Program-made: the position numbers and the translations under genes | The notes under the pieces: model-generated | The model's database searches: none | What the model was told of the DNA's origin: nothing | What the model saw: only the letters and a program-made list of their open reading frames with translations | Origin: Salinivirgaceae bacterium | GTDB lineage: Bacteria; Bacteroidota; Bacteroidia; Bacteroidales; SZUA-534 | Length of the DNA: 64,000 nt | Direction of reading: 5' to 3' | Assembly: GCA_024405635.1 (NCBI GenBank) | Contig: JAKSOL010000005.1 | Span: 32,001-96,000 of the forward strand | Shown: positions 1 through 10,293 of the stretch, one piece after another | Position numbering within the stretch: position 1 is the first letter of the stretch | Layout: every line of letters begins with the position of its first letter

Positions 1-782
1 CTTACAATTTGATGCAAGAATACGAGCGTGCCATTGAAGCATACGACTATGCCATTGCAATTGACCCTAGTTTGTCTGAAGCAATATTTAACAAAGGCAA
101 TGCACTTTGCGCTCTTGAGCATTATACCGAAGCCATTGAGTGTTACACCGAGCACTTAACTGCTAATCCACAAAACCCAATTGCAAAGTGCTACATAGGC
201 GACTGCTACCTGAAAATGGAAGAAATAGACACCGCTGAAAAATATTTTCTTGAGGCAAACCAAATACAACCAACCGCCGAAGCCTATGTTGGATTAGCAA
301 GCATCAGCATATACCGGGGACAAGACCAAGAAGCTTTAGAATATAGCCAAATGGCTCTTGAAATTGCACCCGAAATGGAATCGGCAGTGTTTGTTAACGC
401 TCAAGCAATGTCGCTAACTGGCGATTTTGAAGCGGCAATAAGAACCTACAAGCAGCTGCTTAACAACAAAAAAGACGACATAAAAACCCACTTACTTTAC
501 ATTTTTGCGCTGCTAATTGCCGAACAATTTGACAACGCTTTTGAGGCAGCCAACAATGCTCTTGAAATGTTTCCTGAGCATGCTCAACTGCAATACATTA
601 TCTCGGCTTTGTTATATAAACGAGGCGAAATAGAAAAAAGTTTTGAGCTGTTTGAAACCGCCTACTCGCAAGCTCCCGAATTTGATAATGTGTACTTTGA
701 AATTGTACCCAGCAATAAAAAACTTGCCGAAATAAAAGAGATAAGAAAACGTTTAAAGCCAAAAGGCCGACGAAAAAAATAG
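1..782 (+). CDS. Tetratricopeptide-repeat protein (5'-truncated by window edge)
   Basis: Repeated TPR-like helices (AIFNKGNALCALEHYTEAIECY, AKCYIGDCYLKM, AYVGLASI). The frame is open back to position 3, so the true start is probably upstream. Confidence 0.85.
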   Translation, partial: YNLMQEYERAIEAYDYAIAIDPSLSEAIFNKGNALCALEHYTEAIECYTEHLTANPQNPIAKCYIGDCYLKMEEIDTAEKYFLEANQIQPTAEAYVGLASISIYRGQDQEALEYSQMALEIAPEMESAVFVNAQAMSLTGDFEAAIRTYKQLLNNKKDDIKTHLLYIFALLIAEQFDNAFEAANNALEMFPEHAQLQYIISALLYKRGEIEKSFELFETAYSQAPEFDNVYFEIVPSNKKLAEIKEIRKRLKPKGRRKK

Positions 783-786
783 GCAA

Positions 787-1695
787 ATGAAAAACTACAT
801 TACACTTTTTTTAAAAGGCATGGCCATGGGCGCCTCCGATGTTGTTCCTGGAGTTTCAGGTGGAACAATAGCTTTTATATCAGGAATTTACGAGCGCCTT
901 ATTAACGCCATTAAAAGCATAAATGTAACCAACTTAAAATTGCTCTTCACTGGCAAATTTGGTCAGTTTTGGCGCAATGTTGACTGCAACTTTTTGCTAT
1001 GCATCGTGTTAGGCATTGCATTTAGTTTTTTAACCCTAGCCAAAATAATAACCCACCTACTCGAAACTCAACCCATTTTCATTTGGGCATTTTTCTTTGG
1101 GTTAGTAATAGCATCAACCTTATTTGTTGGTCGCGATGTAAAATGGAATATTAAAACCATTGCCACATTTGCAGCAATGGCAATTCTTTCATTCTTCATC
1201 ACATCGCCACAAAACCAACCAATGATGCAAAACGATGCTTTGTGGTACATCTTTTTATGCGGAGCTATTGCCATTTGCGCAATGATTTTGCCAGGAATTT
1301 CAGGCAGTTTTATATTGGTACTTCTTGGCCAATATCAGTTTATGTTGCAAGCCATTTCAACACTTAACATTGTTGTACTTGTAACATTTATGTGCGGTGC
1401 CATTATAGGCATAGTAAGTTTTGCAAACATATTGTCGTGGCTGTTTGCCCACTTTAAACAAATAACATTGGCTGCGCTTGTAGGTTTTATGTTTGGCTCG
1501 CTTAACAAAATATGGCCATGGAAAAATACACTACAAACCTACACCGACTCGCACGGCACAATAAAACCACTTATACAAGAAAACATTTTGCCAACAATTG
1601 ACGCAAATTTTGCAACTGCACTATGCCTAACAATTGCTGGCTTTGCAATCATATTCACCATTGAGTTTGTCTCAAAAAAAATGCACAAAAAATGA
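787..1695 (+). CDS. DUF368-family membrane protein (undecaprenyl-phosphate translocase family)
   Basis: Two DUF368 signature motifs, DVVPGVSGGTIA and AMILPGISGS; multiple TM segments. Confidence 0.9.
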   Translation: MKNYITLFLKGMAMGASDVVPGVSGGTIAFISGIYERLINAIKSINVTNLKLLFTGKFGQFWRNVDCNFLLCIVLGIAFSFLTLAKIITHLLETQPIFIWAFFFGLVIASTLFVGRDVKWNIKTIATFAAMAILSFFITSPQNQPMMQNDALWYIFLCGAIAICAMILPGISGSFILVLLGQYQFMLQAISTLNIVVLVTFMCGAIIGIVSFANILSWLFAHFKQITLAALVGFMFGSLNKIWPWKNTLQTYTDSHGTIKPLIQENILPTIDANFATALCLTIAGFAIIFTIEFVSKKMHKK

Positions 1696-2432
1696 AAAAC
1701 TATGGTTTAGTAGGCTTTCCTTTAGCCCAATCGTTTTCGCAGAAATACTTCACCAAAAAATTTGCCGATGAGCAAATTGATGCACAATACCTTAATTTTT
1801 CAATTGACGACATTGAAAAATTTAAAACCGAAGTGCTCACCACTCCCGATTTGTGTGGTATAAACGTAACCATTCCATACAAACAAAAAGTTATGCCAAT
1901 GCTTGATGGACTAGACGAAACCGCTGCAAAAGTTGGAGCTGTTAACGTTGTTAAAATAAACCGCACCGGCAACAAACTAACTCTAATTGGCTACAACTCA
2001 GATGTGGTTGGCTTTGAAAACTCACTAAAACCACTACTCAAACCTTGCCACACTCATGCACTTATTCTTGGCACTGGCGGGGCATCAAAAGCAGTACGCT
2101 ACGTGCTTGAAAAACTAGGCATTGAATTCAAATTCGTATCGCGCACCGCAAGTGCCGACACCTTATCGTACGAGCAACTCACTCCCGAAATAATGGCAAG
2201 CCATAAACTTATTGTGAACTGCACACCACTCGGAATGTATCCAAAAATTGAAGGTTGTCCCAATATCAACTACACACAAGTTGGCCCAGACCATCTTTTT
2301 TACGATTTGGTTTACAACCCCGAGGTAACCGTATTTTTGCAACGAGCTTTAGACCATGGCGCTCAAATCAAAAACGGGTACGACATGTTAGTTGGGCAAG
2401 CCATTCGCGCTTGGGAAATATGGAATAGTTAA
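1692..2432 (+). CDS. aroE: Shikimate dehydrogenase
   Basis: Motifs SFSQ, NVTIPYK, GAVN, GYNSD, GTGGAS, NCTPLGM, DLVYNP, GYDMLVGQA; ATGA overlap with the upstream gene. Confidence 0.95.
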   Translation: MKNYGLVGFPLAQSFSQKYFTKKFADEQIDAQYLNFSIDDIEKFKTEVLTTPDLCGINVTIPYKQKVMPMLDGLDETAAKVGAVNVVKINRTGNKLTLIGYNSDVVGFENSLKPLLKPCHTHALILGTGGASKAVRYVLEKLGIEFKFVSRTASADTLSYEQLTPEIMASHKLIVNCTPLGMYPKIEGCPNINYTQVGPDHLFYDLVYNPEVTVFLQRALDHGAQIKNGYDMLVGQAIRAWEIWNS

Positions 2433-2495
2433 TACAATTCTGATTATCAATAAAATAGCAGCCACACAAATCATTTTTAATCAGCAAAAAACAAG

Positions 2496-2530
2496 AAAAC
2501 GAGTCAAGAAAACCTTGGCTCGTTTTTTTT
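2496..2530 (+). terminator. Intrinsic terminator after aroE
   Basis: Stem AAAACGAGTCAAG / CTTGGCTCGTTTT followed by a T run. Confidence 0.8.
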
Positions 2531-2644
2531 GTGCAAAACACCAAGCAATAAGTTTTCAACAAAAATTAACACACTAACAAAAATCGACTCTATATTCTAT
2601 CTTTAACTAATTTATATGAACACAAATATTCAAAACATAATAAA

Positions 2645-3553
2645 ATGAAAAACAGAAGTTTAGTAGCCATCAGCGATTATTCAAAAGACGACTACTTGGA
2701 AATTATGGAACTTGCTGCGCAGTTTGAAAAAAATCCAGTGCAGAAAATTTTAGATGGAAAAGTTGTTGCAACCTTGTTTTTCGAGCCATCAACTCGCACA
2801 CGTTTGAGTTTTGAGAGCGCAGTAAACCGTTTAGGCGGCAAAGTATTAGGCTTTTCCGACACCTCACAAACTAGCGTATCAAAAGGCGAAACACTAAAAG
2901 ACACCATAAAAATGGTAAGCTGCTATGCCGACTTAATTGTTATGAGACACCCACTTGAAGGCGCGGCTCGCTACGCATCTGAAATATCAAAAGTGCCAAT
3001 TATCAATGCCGGCGACGGAGCAAACCAACACCCTACCCAATGTTTACTTGATCTTTATTCAATAAAAAAGACACAAGGGACACTCGACAATTTGAAAATA
3101 ACAATGGTTGGCGACTTAAAATACGGACGCACCGTTCACTCGCTACTAATGGCCATGTCGTACTTCAATCCATCGTTTAGTTTTATTGCTCCCGAAGAAT
3201 TGCGACTACCAGACGAATACAAGCAATTTCTTAAACAACGCAACATTAAGTTTGAAGAACATACCGAAATGGCACCAAACATTAACGATGCCGACATTAT
3301 TTACATGACCCGCGTACAACGCGAACGTTTTGCCGACCCTCTTGAATACGAGAAAGTTAAAAACGTTTACGTACTACGAAACAGCATGCTCGACAACACT
3401 AAACCTAACGTAAAAATTTTGCATCCGCTACCTCGTGTAAACGAAATTAGCACCGATGTTGACGACAACCCAAAGGCCTACTACTTTGAGCAAGCACAAA
3501 ATGCGGTTTACACCCGTCAAGCCATTATTTGTAAAACTCTACAACTGTTGTAA
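2645..3553 (+). CDS. pyrB: Aspartate carbamoyltransferase catalytic subunit
   Basis: Motifs [32 protein letters not shown]. Confidence 0.98.
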   Translation: MKNRSLVAISDYSKDDYLEIMELAAQFEKNPVQKILDGKVVATLFFEPSTRTRLSFESAVNRLGGKVLGFSDTSQTSVSKGETLKDTIKMVSCYADLIVMRHPLEGAARYASEISKVPIINAGDGANQHPTQCLLDLYSIKKTQGTLDNLKITMVGDLKYGRTVHSLLMAMSYFNPSFSFIAPEELRLPDEYKQFLKQRNIKFEEHTEMAPNINDADIIYMTRVQRERFADPLEYEKVKNVYVLRNSMLDNTKPNVKILHPLPRVNEISTDVDDNPKAYYFEQAQNAVYTRQAIICKTLQLL

Positions 3554-3555
3554 TT

Positions 3556-4020
3556 ATGGAAAACGAAAAAGTACTTAGCGTTTCGGCTATCGAAAACGGA
3601 ACAGTTATTGACCATATTCCAGCCCAAAGCCTTTTCAAAGTTATTTCGCTACTTAACCTTGATAAATTGGCCGACAATCAAGTAACCTTTGGCTACAACC
3701 TAAAAAGCAAGCAACTTGGAATGAAAGCCATTATTAAAGTGTCTGAAAAGTTTTTTGAAGATATTGAACTTGACAAAATAGCACTTGTAGCTCCAAACGC
3801 AAAACTCAACATAATAAAAAACTACAACGTGGTTGAAAAACGCTTGGTTAAAGTTCCCGAAAAAGTTATTGGCATTGCCCATTGCATGAATCCAAAATGC
3901 ATAACAAACCACGAAAAAATACCAACCAAATTTACAACATCAACCACAGGCGGCAACATTGTACTACGCTGCTGCTACTGCGACAAGTGCACCGATATTG
4001 AGCACGCCGAAATATTTTAA
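3556..4020 (+). CDS. pyrI: Aspartate carbamoyltransferase regulatory subunit
   Basis: Motif VSAIENGTVIDHI; Zn ligands CMNPKC and CCYCD; directly follows pyrB. Confidence 0.97.
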   Translation: MENEKVLSVSAIENGTVIDHIPAQSLFKVISLLNLDKLADNQVTFGYNLKSKQLGMKAIIKVSEKFFEDIELDKIALVAPNAKLNIIKNYNVVEKRLVKVPEKVIGIAHCMNPKCITNHEKIPTKFTTSTTGGNIVLRCCYCDKCTDIEHAEIF

Positions 4021-4030
4021 CCCATTGACT

Positions 4031-5341
4031 ATGAGTTCAAACAAATTCCAAATTACTGGCGGAACCAAACTCAGCGGAACCATAGTGCCTCAAGGTGCCA
4101 AAAACGAGGCTCTGCAAGTACTTTGCGCTGTGCTACTTACCGACGAAGAAGTTATTATAGATAACATTCCTAGCATTCGCGACGTCAATACTCTTATTGA
4201 CATTATTAGCGAAATGGGGGTTACCGTAACCAAACTTGCCAGCCACAAATACTCATTCAAAGCCGACCACATTCAAGCCGAATACCTACACTCGCGCGAG
4301 TTTGTTGACAAAACAGCACGTATTCGCGGCTCGGTTATGTTAGTGGGACCTATGCTAGCTCGTCTCGGTCGCGCCTACATTCCAAAACCAGGTGGCGACA
4401 AAATTGGACGCCGAAGACTCGACACCCACTTTATTGGCTTGCAAAACTTGGGCGCCGAGTTCAACTACGACCCCGATGGTAAATTCTATACCGTTGAAGG
4501 ACAAAACCTTAAAGGCACATACATGTTGCTCGACGAGGCCTCGGTAACAGGAACAGCAAACATTATTTTGGCTGCCGTAATGGCCAAAGGCACAACCACA
4601 ATTTACAACGCCGCTTGCGAACCTTACATTCAGCAACTTTGCAAAATGCTGAACAAAATGGGGGCAAAAATTAGCGGCATTGGCTCAAACCTACTCACCA
4701 TCGACGGAGTGGACAAATTGCACGGATGCCAACACCAAATTCTGCCCGACATGATTGAAATTGGTAGCTTTATTGGTTTGGCTGCCATGACTGGATCTGA
4801 AATACGAATAAAAGACGTGTCGTATCCTAACCTTGGCATCATTCCTCGCGCCTTTCAACGCTTGGGCGTACAAATGACACTTGAAGGCGACGACCTTATT
4901 ATCCCTGCACAAGACCACTACACCATCGATAGTTTTATCGACGGCTCAATACTCACTATTGATGACGCACCTTGGCCAGGACTAACCCCCGACCTAATCA
5001 GCGTGATGCTAGTTACCGCATCGCAAGCAAAAGGTAGCGTGCTAATTCATCAAAAAATGTTTGAAAGCCGATTGTTCTTTGTTGATAAACTTATCGACAT
5101 GGGCGCTCAAATTATTCTTTGCGACCCTCACCGCGCCACCGTCATCGGTCTTGACAAACAACACCAATTACGAGGCATTAACATGACTAGCCCCGATATT
5201 CGAGCTGGAATGGCATTGCTTATTGCCGCAATTTCAGCAAAAGGAACATCGGTTATTGATAACATTGACCAAATAGACCGCGGATACGAAAAAATTGACG
5301 AGCGACTCAACAAACTTGGAGCAAATATTATTCGACTATAA
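4031..5341 (+). CDS. murA: UDP-N-acetylglucosamine 1-carboxyvinyltransferase
   Basis: Motifs GAKN, PGGDKIGRR, SVTGTAN, DIRAG, IDRGYE. Start placed at ATG 4031 rather than 3959, which would overlap pyrI. Confidence 0.97.
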   Translation: MSSNKFQITGGTKLSGTIVPQGAKNEALQVLCAVLLTDEEVIIDNIPSIRDVNTLIDIISEMGVTVTKLASHKYSFKADHIQAEYLHSREFVDKTARIRGSVMLVGPMLARLGRAYIPKPGGDKIGRRRLDTHFIGLQNLGAEFNYDPDGKFYTVEGQNLKGTYMLLDEASVTGTANIILAAVMAKGTTTIYNAACEPYIQQLCKMLNKMGAKISGIGSNLLTIDGVDKLHGCQHQILPDMIEIGSFIGLAAMTGSEIRIKDVSYPNLGIIPRAFQRLGVQMTLEGDDLIIPAQDHYTIDSFIDGSILTIDDAPWPGLTPDLISVMLVTASQAKGSVLIHQKMFESRLFFVDKLIDMGAQIILCDPHRATVIGLDKQHQLRGINMTSPDIRAGMALLIAAISAKGTSVIDNIDQIDRGYEKIDERLNKLGANIIRL

Positions 5342-5352
5342 AAAATACAATT

Positions 5353-6375
5353 TTGGAACATATATCAACATTTGCGCAACAAGCAAAAAGCCTAATATCC
5401 AACGCTAACAATATTATTATTTTGGCTCACAAAAATCCCGATGGCGATGCTATTGGTTCTGGATTAGGCATGTACCACCATATTAAAACTATGGGTAAAG
5501 AGGCTATTTTTATTTTGCCCGACCAACTACCCAAAAACTTACTATGGATGCCTGGTTGCGACAAAATTTTAGTACACAAAAGTCCAGAAAAAGAGCAAGC
5601 TGAACAAGCTATTACCAAGGCTGACCTAATTATTATGTGCGACTTTAACAACTTAAGCCGATTGGGTGGCGCAGCTCAATTAGTAGAACAATCAACCGCA
5701 AAAAAAATACTAATTGACCATCACCTTGAACCTAGTGTAGTTTGCGACATTAAATACAGCCGACCTGAGGCTAGTAGCACTTGCGAAATGGTTTACCAAG
5801 TTGTGTCAACCATGCGCGGAACCCCCACCATCGATTCTACCATTGCAACATGCCTTTACACTGGCATAGTTACCGACACTGGCGGTTTTAGCTACAGTTC
5901 GTCGAACCGTCTGACTTTTGACGTAGCTGCAAACCTAATCGAATCGGGCATTGACAAAGATTATATTCTTGACAATCTTAACTACCACTTTTCAGAGCAA
6001 AGGCTGCGACTACTTGGATATTGTTTAAACAACAAGCTAACCGTAATTCCAGAATATCATACAGCATACATTTGGCTCACCCAAAAAGAGTTACGCAAAT
6101 TCAACTACCAAATGGGCGATACCGAAGGCATTGTAAACTACCCACTAACTATTGACGGCATTGAATTTTCGGCAATCTTTACCGAAAAAGAAAAAATAAC
6201 CAAATGTTCGTTCAGATCTCGAGGCTCATTTCCTGCAAGCAAAGTTGCTGGCGACCATTTTAACGGAGGCGGACACTTAAACGCAGCGGGAGGAGAATCG
6301 CCTCTTTCAATAAGCGAAACCATTAAAAAATTTGTATCGATACTACCACAGTACGAACAATACATTGAAAAATGA
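5353..6375 (+). CDS. nrnA: DHH/DHHA1 phosphoesterase (NrnA-like oligoribonuclease/PAP phosphatase)
   Basis: Motifs HKNPDGDA, IDHH, DTGGF, SFRS, GGGHLNAAG; TTG start. Confidence 0.85.
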   Translation: MEHISTFAQQAKSLISNANNIIILAHKNPDGDAIGSGLGMYHHIKTMGKEAIFILPDQLPKNLLWMPGCDKILVHKSPEKEQAEQAITKADLIIMCDFNNLSRLGGAAQLVEQSTAKKILIDHHLEPSVVCDIKYSRPEASSTCEMVYQVVSTMRGTPTIDSTIATCLYTGIVTDTGGFSYSSSNRLTFDVAANLIESGIDKDYILDNLNYHFSEQRLRLLGYCLNNKLTVIPEYHTAYIWLTQKELRKFNYQMGDTEGIVNYPLTIDGIEFSAIFTEKEKITKCSFRSRGSFPASKVAGDHFNGGGHLNAAGGESPLSISETIKKFVSILPQYEQYIEK

Positions 6376-6881
6376 GAATCATCGGCACCATATTGCTTTG
6401 TGTAGTTTTTGCAGCTTGCAGTTCAAACTCAACAAAACGTCAACCAGTAACCGACGAAATGTTGGTTAACATAAACCGAACATTGGTTGACATGGACCAA
6501 GAACGAATTGAAAGTTATGCCGAACGCCACAATTGGGACATGAAAGTATCGCCCACAGGAATGTGGTACCAAATTTACGAGCATGGCAATGGCGACTCTG
6601 TACGCGTTGGCAAAGTGGTAACACTTAACTACAAACTATCGCTACTTAACGGCAAAGAATGCTACTCGTCCGATAGTTTAGGTAGCAAAGTATTCAGAGT
6701 AGGACAAGGCGGTGTTGAAACCGGACTTGAAGAAGCTGTGCTACTAATGCGCGTTGGCGACAAAGCCCGACTAATTATGCCCGCATTTATGGCACACGGG
6801 CTCATTGGCGATGGCAATAAAATTCCAGCTCGAGCCACCATTGTTTACGAAACCGAAATAATCTCACAATCCGACAACTAA
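6372..6881 (+). CDS. FKBP-type peptidyl-prolyl isomerase lipoprotein (GldI-like)
   Basis: Lipobox FAAC; FKBP motifs GLEEAVLLMRVGDKARLIMP and IPARATIVYE. Confidence 0.85.
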   Translation: MRIIGTILLCVVFAACSSNSTKRQPVTDEMLVNINRTLVDMDQERIESYAERHNWDMKVSPTGMWYQIYEHGNGDSVRVGKVVTLNYKLSLLNGKECYSSDSLGSKVFRVGQGGVETGLEEAVLLMRVGDKARLIMPAFMAHGLIGDGNKIPARATIVYETEIISQSDN

Positions 6882-6892
6882 CACGCGACCTT

Positions 6893-7816
6893 ATGAACCG
6901 AAAGTCGATAAACATAACATTTGCAGCATTAACCATTGTAGCAATACTTTGTTGCTCATGCTCAAGCAAATACGAAGGCTACTCACACAAAAACGGCTTA
7001 TACTACAAGCTAATTACAATTGGCGACAGCATTAGTACAGCAAAAGTTGGAAACTATGTAACAACCCACCTACGCTACTCTACCATTGCCGATTCCGCAT
7101 TCTTTGTTGGCAACCGAACTTTCCAACTCACCGAACCTGAATTCAATGGCTCAATTGACGAATGTTTTCTTATGATGTCAAGCGGCGATAGCTCTTCGTT
7201 CATTATTGACGCATACAAATTTTTCACCATCACGCTACAAAGCCCACTACCAAGTTTCCTTGCGCAAGGCGACATGATGAAAGTAGATATAAAAATGACT
7301 GACATACGCACCGAAGAGCAATATCGCCGCGACAAAGAAGAATTTTTGAAATGGATTGAAGACTTTGGCGAGTACGAAAAACTTGTTTTACAAAACTTTA
7401 TCGAACGAAAAAAAATAGATATAGAACCAACGCCATCGGGGCTTTATTACATTCAACTAACACAAGGTACCGGCAAAGCTGTTGAACTAGGCGATTTGGT
7501 AACCATCAACTACGAAGGCCGATTCTTAAACGGAAAATTCTTTGACTCAACAATAAAACTCAACCAACCATTTGAATTTGTTTATGGCACCGAGATGCAA
7601 GTAATAGCTGGACTTGACGAAGCTATTGGCCGCATGCGTGAAGGCGAACGCGCACTTGTTATACTGCCTTCAGAATTAGCTTGGGGCGACAAAGGTTCAT
7701 CAACTGGAATAGTGCCACCGTTCACCTCAGTTATTTATGAGATTGAGTTAATTAGCGCCGTTGCTCCTGGTTCAGAAACCACATCAGAAATAGTTGAATC
7801 CGACACAATAGATTAA
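6893..7816 (+). CDS. FKBP-type peptidyl-prolyl isomerase lipoprotein with tandem FKBP domains
   Basis: Signal peptide ending in Cys; degenerate N-terminal FKBP; canonical C-terminal FKBP (YEGRFLNGKFFDS, VIAGLDEAI, PPFTSVIYEIEL). Confidence 0.85.
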   Translation: MNRKSINITFAALTIVAILCCSCSSKYEGYSHKNGLYYKLITIGDSISTAKVGNYVTTHLRYSTIADSAFFVGNRTFQLTEPEFNGSIDECFLMMSSGDSSSFIIDAYKFFTITLQSPLPSFLAQGDMMKVDIKMTDIRTEEQYRRDKEEFLKWIEDFGEYEKLVLQNFIERKKIDIEPTPSGLYYIQLTQGTGKAVELGDLVTINYEGRFLNGKFFDSTIKLNQPFEFVYGTEMQVIAGLDEAIGRMREGERALVILPSELAWGDKGSSTGIVPPFTSVIYEIELISAVAPGSETTSEIVESDTID

Positions 7817-7820
7817 TTGC

Positions 7821-8705
7821 ATGTCGGCAAACAATTGGATATCGGGCAAATACAGCGTTGCCATTTGGACATGGGCGCTATTCTCGCTCATAGGTTTTGC
7901 CATGTGGGCCATTCGCGACATACGCTACTTTGCACTATTTGAGTGCATTGGCACAAGCGAACTAATTGCCCGATCGATAGTAATAAAACATCCAAGCACC
8001 CGCCAATTGGTGCGCCGACTTATACAGGTTTTTGTTGGCGGAATGCTGCTAATTATGGTCAGTTTGATTTTTTGTGTCAACTTTCAGTTTATCGAGATTT
8101 TTTTTGATTACCAAGCAGCTGTTGTAACTGGCGCTTTTATACAACTTGTAATTGCAAGGCTAATCATTCCATTTATATTCGGCAATGCGTTTTGTTCCCG
8201 AGCATGTTGGGATGGTGCTGTTTTTGAAGCCATTAACGGATTAGCTCACTGCAGCAAACCAACACCACGCAAACCTTGGTTAGCATGGAGTTACCTTTTG
8301 TTGCTAATTATAATATCAATAGTAATTGTACACATAGCAACCAACCCAGCCACTGACGATGCTTTGCGCCGCAAATGGATAATAGGAGAAAATTTATTTA
8401 TCTGGGCAGTTGGTTTTGCCTTATCATTTGTACTAGGAAGCAGAGCATACTGCCGCATGCTTTGTCCGTTTTTAACCATTTCAAGCCAACTATACCGATT
8501 TTCGTTTTTAAAAATAACACCCATCAAATCAGCCGACTGCATAAACTGCAACAAATGCAACAAAACATGCCCAATGCTAATTGATGTGCACAAATCGGTT
8601 GTTAAGAAAAGTAAAATTGACAACAACACTTGCATTTTATGCGAACGATGCGTTAGTGCTTGCCCTAAAGGCGTGCTCGATGTAACCTACAAGCATGCCG
8701 AATAA
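7821..8705 (+). CDS. Membrane polyferredoxin, 4Fe-4S binding (NapH/CcoG-like)
   Basis: TM segments; FCSRACW and YCRMLCP; two CxxCxxCxxxCP motifs (CINCNKCNKTCP, CILCERCVSACP). Confidence 0.85.
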   Translation: MSANNWISGKYSVAIWTWALFSLIGFAMWAIRDIRYFALFECIGTSELIARSIVIKHPSTRQLVRRLIQVFVGGMLLIMVSLIFCVNFQFIEIFFDYQAAVVTGAFIQLVIARLIIPFIFGNAFCSRACWDGAVFEAINGLAHCSKPTPRKPWLAWSYLLLLIIISIVIVHIATNPATDDALRRKWIIGENLFIWAVGFALSFVLGSRAYCRMLCPFLTISSQLYRFSFLKITPIKSADCINCNKCNKTCPMLIDVHKSVVKKSKIDNNTCILCERCVSACPKGVLDVTYKHAE

Positions 8706-8714
8706 GAAAGGTAT

Positions 8715-9230
8715 TTAAAACAACTCTCGAATCTCGTCCTTAAGACAAGCCAATGCCTTTACAGTTGGATCTTTTCCCTCTGTCATCATTGTCTCAAGAA
8801 TAAGTTTGCTTAAATGAATTGAAGGCTGATTTGGCTTTACCAATAATGCAACCCTATTAATAAGCAACACACAGCCATCTTTTGCCATGCGCACTTGCTC
8901 CCAAGCATTGTCGCTTATGTATAGTTGTTGCGTAAGGTTATGGTCAAACTCGCTGCGAATAGTTTTAAGCATCAGCAATTGAAAATCGCTACACGACATG
9001 CCTTCTTGCTGGCAACGCATAACCAAAGCATTAGGTTGAATACGCTCAAGCAATAACACCATACGCTCGTAGGCTTGCAAACGTAACGGAGCAATAATTT
9101 TCTGATTATCGCGAACCGCCTCTGACTTTAACTTCAAACGTTCGTTTACTAAAAACTTATGCATCACCAAATATGTTGCCAAAAAGGTAAACAACGCGGG
9201 TAATGTATATTTTAGGACTTCTTCAACCAT
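8715..9230 (-). CDS. Conserved Bacteroidota hypothetical protein with N-terminal TM anchor
   Basis: PLRLQAYERMVLLLERI and IRSEFDHNLTQQLYIS look like conserved blocks. ATG at 9230 lies just downstream of a -7 promoter box. Confidence 0.75.
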   Translation of the reverse strand: MVEEVLKYTLPALFTFLATYLVMHKFLVNERLKLKSEAVRDNQKIIAPLRLQAYERMVLLLERIQPNALVMRCQQEGMSCSDFQLLMLKTIRSEFDHNLTQQLYISDNAWEQVRMAKDGCVLLINRVALLVKPNQPSIHLSKLILETMMTEGKDPTVKALACLKDEIRELF

Positions 9231-9253
9231 AAAGCACAAAATTTAATAGAATG

Positions 9254-9286
9254 CAAATGTAAGCAAAGAGATGTTTGTTTAACAAA
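9254..9286 (-). promoter_or_regulatory. Bacteroidota housekeeping promoter for 8715..9230
   Basis: TACATTTG (-7) at 9254-9261 and TTTG (-33) at 9283-9286 on the minus strand, 21-bp spacer; abuts the siaC terminator. Confidence 0.7.
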
Positions 9287-9323
9287 AACGGCTGCAACCG
9301 ACAATATCGATTGCAGCCGTTTT
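9285..9323 (-). terminator. Intrinsic terminator after siaC-like gene
   Basis: Stem AAAACGGCTGCAA / TTGCAGCCGTTTT. Confidence 0.85.
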
Positions 9324-9344
9324 ATGATTATGATGCTCGTGCAA

Positions 9345-9716
9345 TTAAATTTGAACCATTTGGAATGGAACTTTGATGATAGATTGGTAATCTTCACCAG
9401 CTTCCAACATATCCTCATCGTCCTCCTCGTAGTGCCAAAGAACTAATACATCGTTGTTGCTTTTATAAATAGCCTCAAGTTTTTTGAACACATCAAGAAT
9501 ACATTTTGAACTACTAGTATTGAAATACTCAAGTTTCATATTCACTTCAGTCAAAGCTGCAGGTGATGAAAAATATGCCTCCAACCAATCAATAATTGGT
9601 TTGTAGAACTCAACCGAATTCTCTGGAATAGAACGTCCTTTTAGTTCCAATTTACCATTTGGATCCAAAGTAACCGATGGAGTTTTTGCTGAACCTTCAA
9701 TAATTAATGATTCCAT
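9345..9716 (-). CDS. siaC: SiaC-family (DUF1987) phospho-switch protein
   Basis: Motifs TPSV, GRSIPEN, LEYFNTSSSK (phospho-acceptor Thr motif) and WHYEEDDEDMLEAGEDY. Confidence 0.9.
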   Translation of the reverse strand: MESLIIEGSAKTPSVTLDPNGKLELKGRSIPENSVEFYKPIIDWLEAYFSSPAALTEVNMKLEYFNTSSSKCILDVFKKLEAIYKSNNDVLVLWHYEEDDEDMLEAGEDYQSIIKVPFQMVQI

Positions 9717-9736
9717 ATTAGTTTTTTTTAAGATTA

Positions 9737-10273
9737 TTATTCTGTTATTAGTATATCCGTTGAAAATAGTGTCATATTATCTGGCACTTGAATAAACTCA
9801 CATTTTAGTTTGTTGCTCGATTTGCGGGCCATATCTATCAATCCTAAGCCACCTCCACCTTTTTCAGAAAAGGTTTGGTTGCTCAAAACATCTTTGTAAA
9901 AAGCACGTAAACCATCTTTGTCTAACGAGTTTATTTTTTCTATATGTTTTTCAAGAAACAAGGTTTGCTTTTGTGTAGCATAGTTACACATTTTAATATG
10001 GTAACTATTTCCGTCGCTCACCATAGCGCATACTCCTATTCTAATTTCTTTGCCATTACGAAATATTGGAGAAGCATGGAAGAACAAATTTTGCAAACAT
10101 TCAACCATAATGTTGTAGGCTTTTTTCTTGATTCCTTGCGACAGATCTTTGGTTTGAGCCTCAACACGAACCATAGAATCCTCAACTATTCCATCGCCTA
10201 TTTCGCCACGGAATGCAAAGATTACTCCATCTTTTACGTGTTCGTTATACCAATCGTCTATCTCTAAAGCCAT
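9737..10273 (-). CDS. siaB: SiaB-family (DUF6272) GHKL-type protein kinase
   Basis: N-box-like VECLQNLFFH and SEKGGGGLGLIDMARKS; directly upstream of the siaC-like gene. Confidence 0.85.
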   Translation of the reverse strand: MALEIDDWYNEHVKDGVIFAFRGEIGDGIVEDSMVRVEAQTKDLSQGIKKKAYNIMVECLQNLFFHASPIFRNGKEIRIGVCAMVSDGNSYHIKMCNYATQKQTLFLEKHIEKINSLDKDGLRAFYKDVLSNQTFSEKGGGGLGLIDMARKSSNKLKCEFIQVPDNMTLFSTDILITE

Positions 10274-10293
10274 TTATCACAAATGTTAGCACA

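Noticed and set aside
3959-4030. N-terminal extension of MurA in the ORF track
   Set aside because: It overlaps pyrI and begins at a non-canonical codon; ATG 4031 fits the family start.
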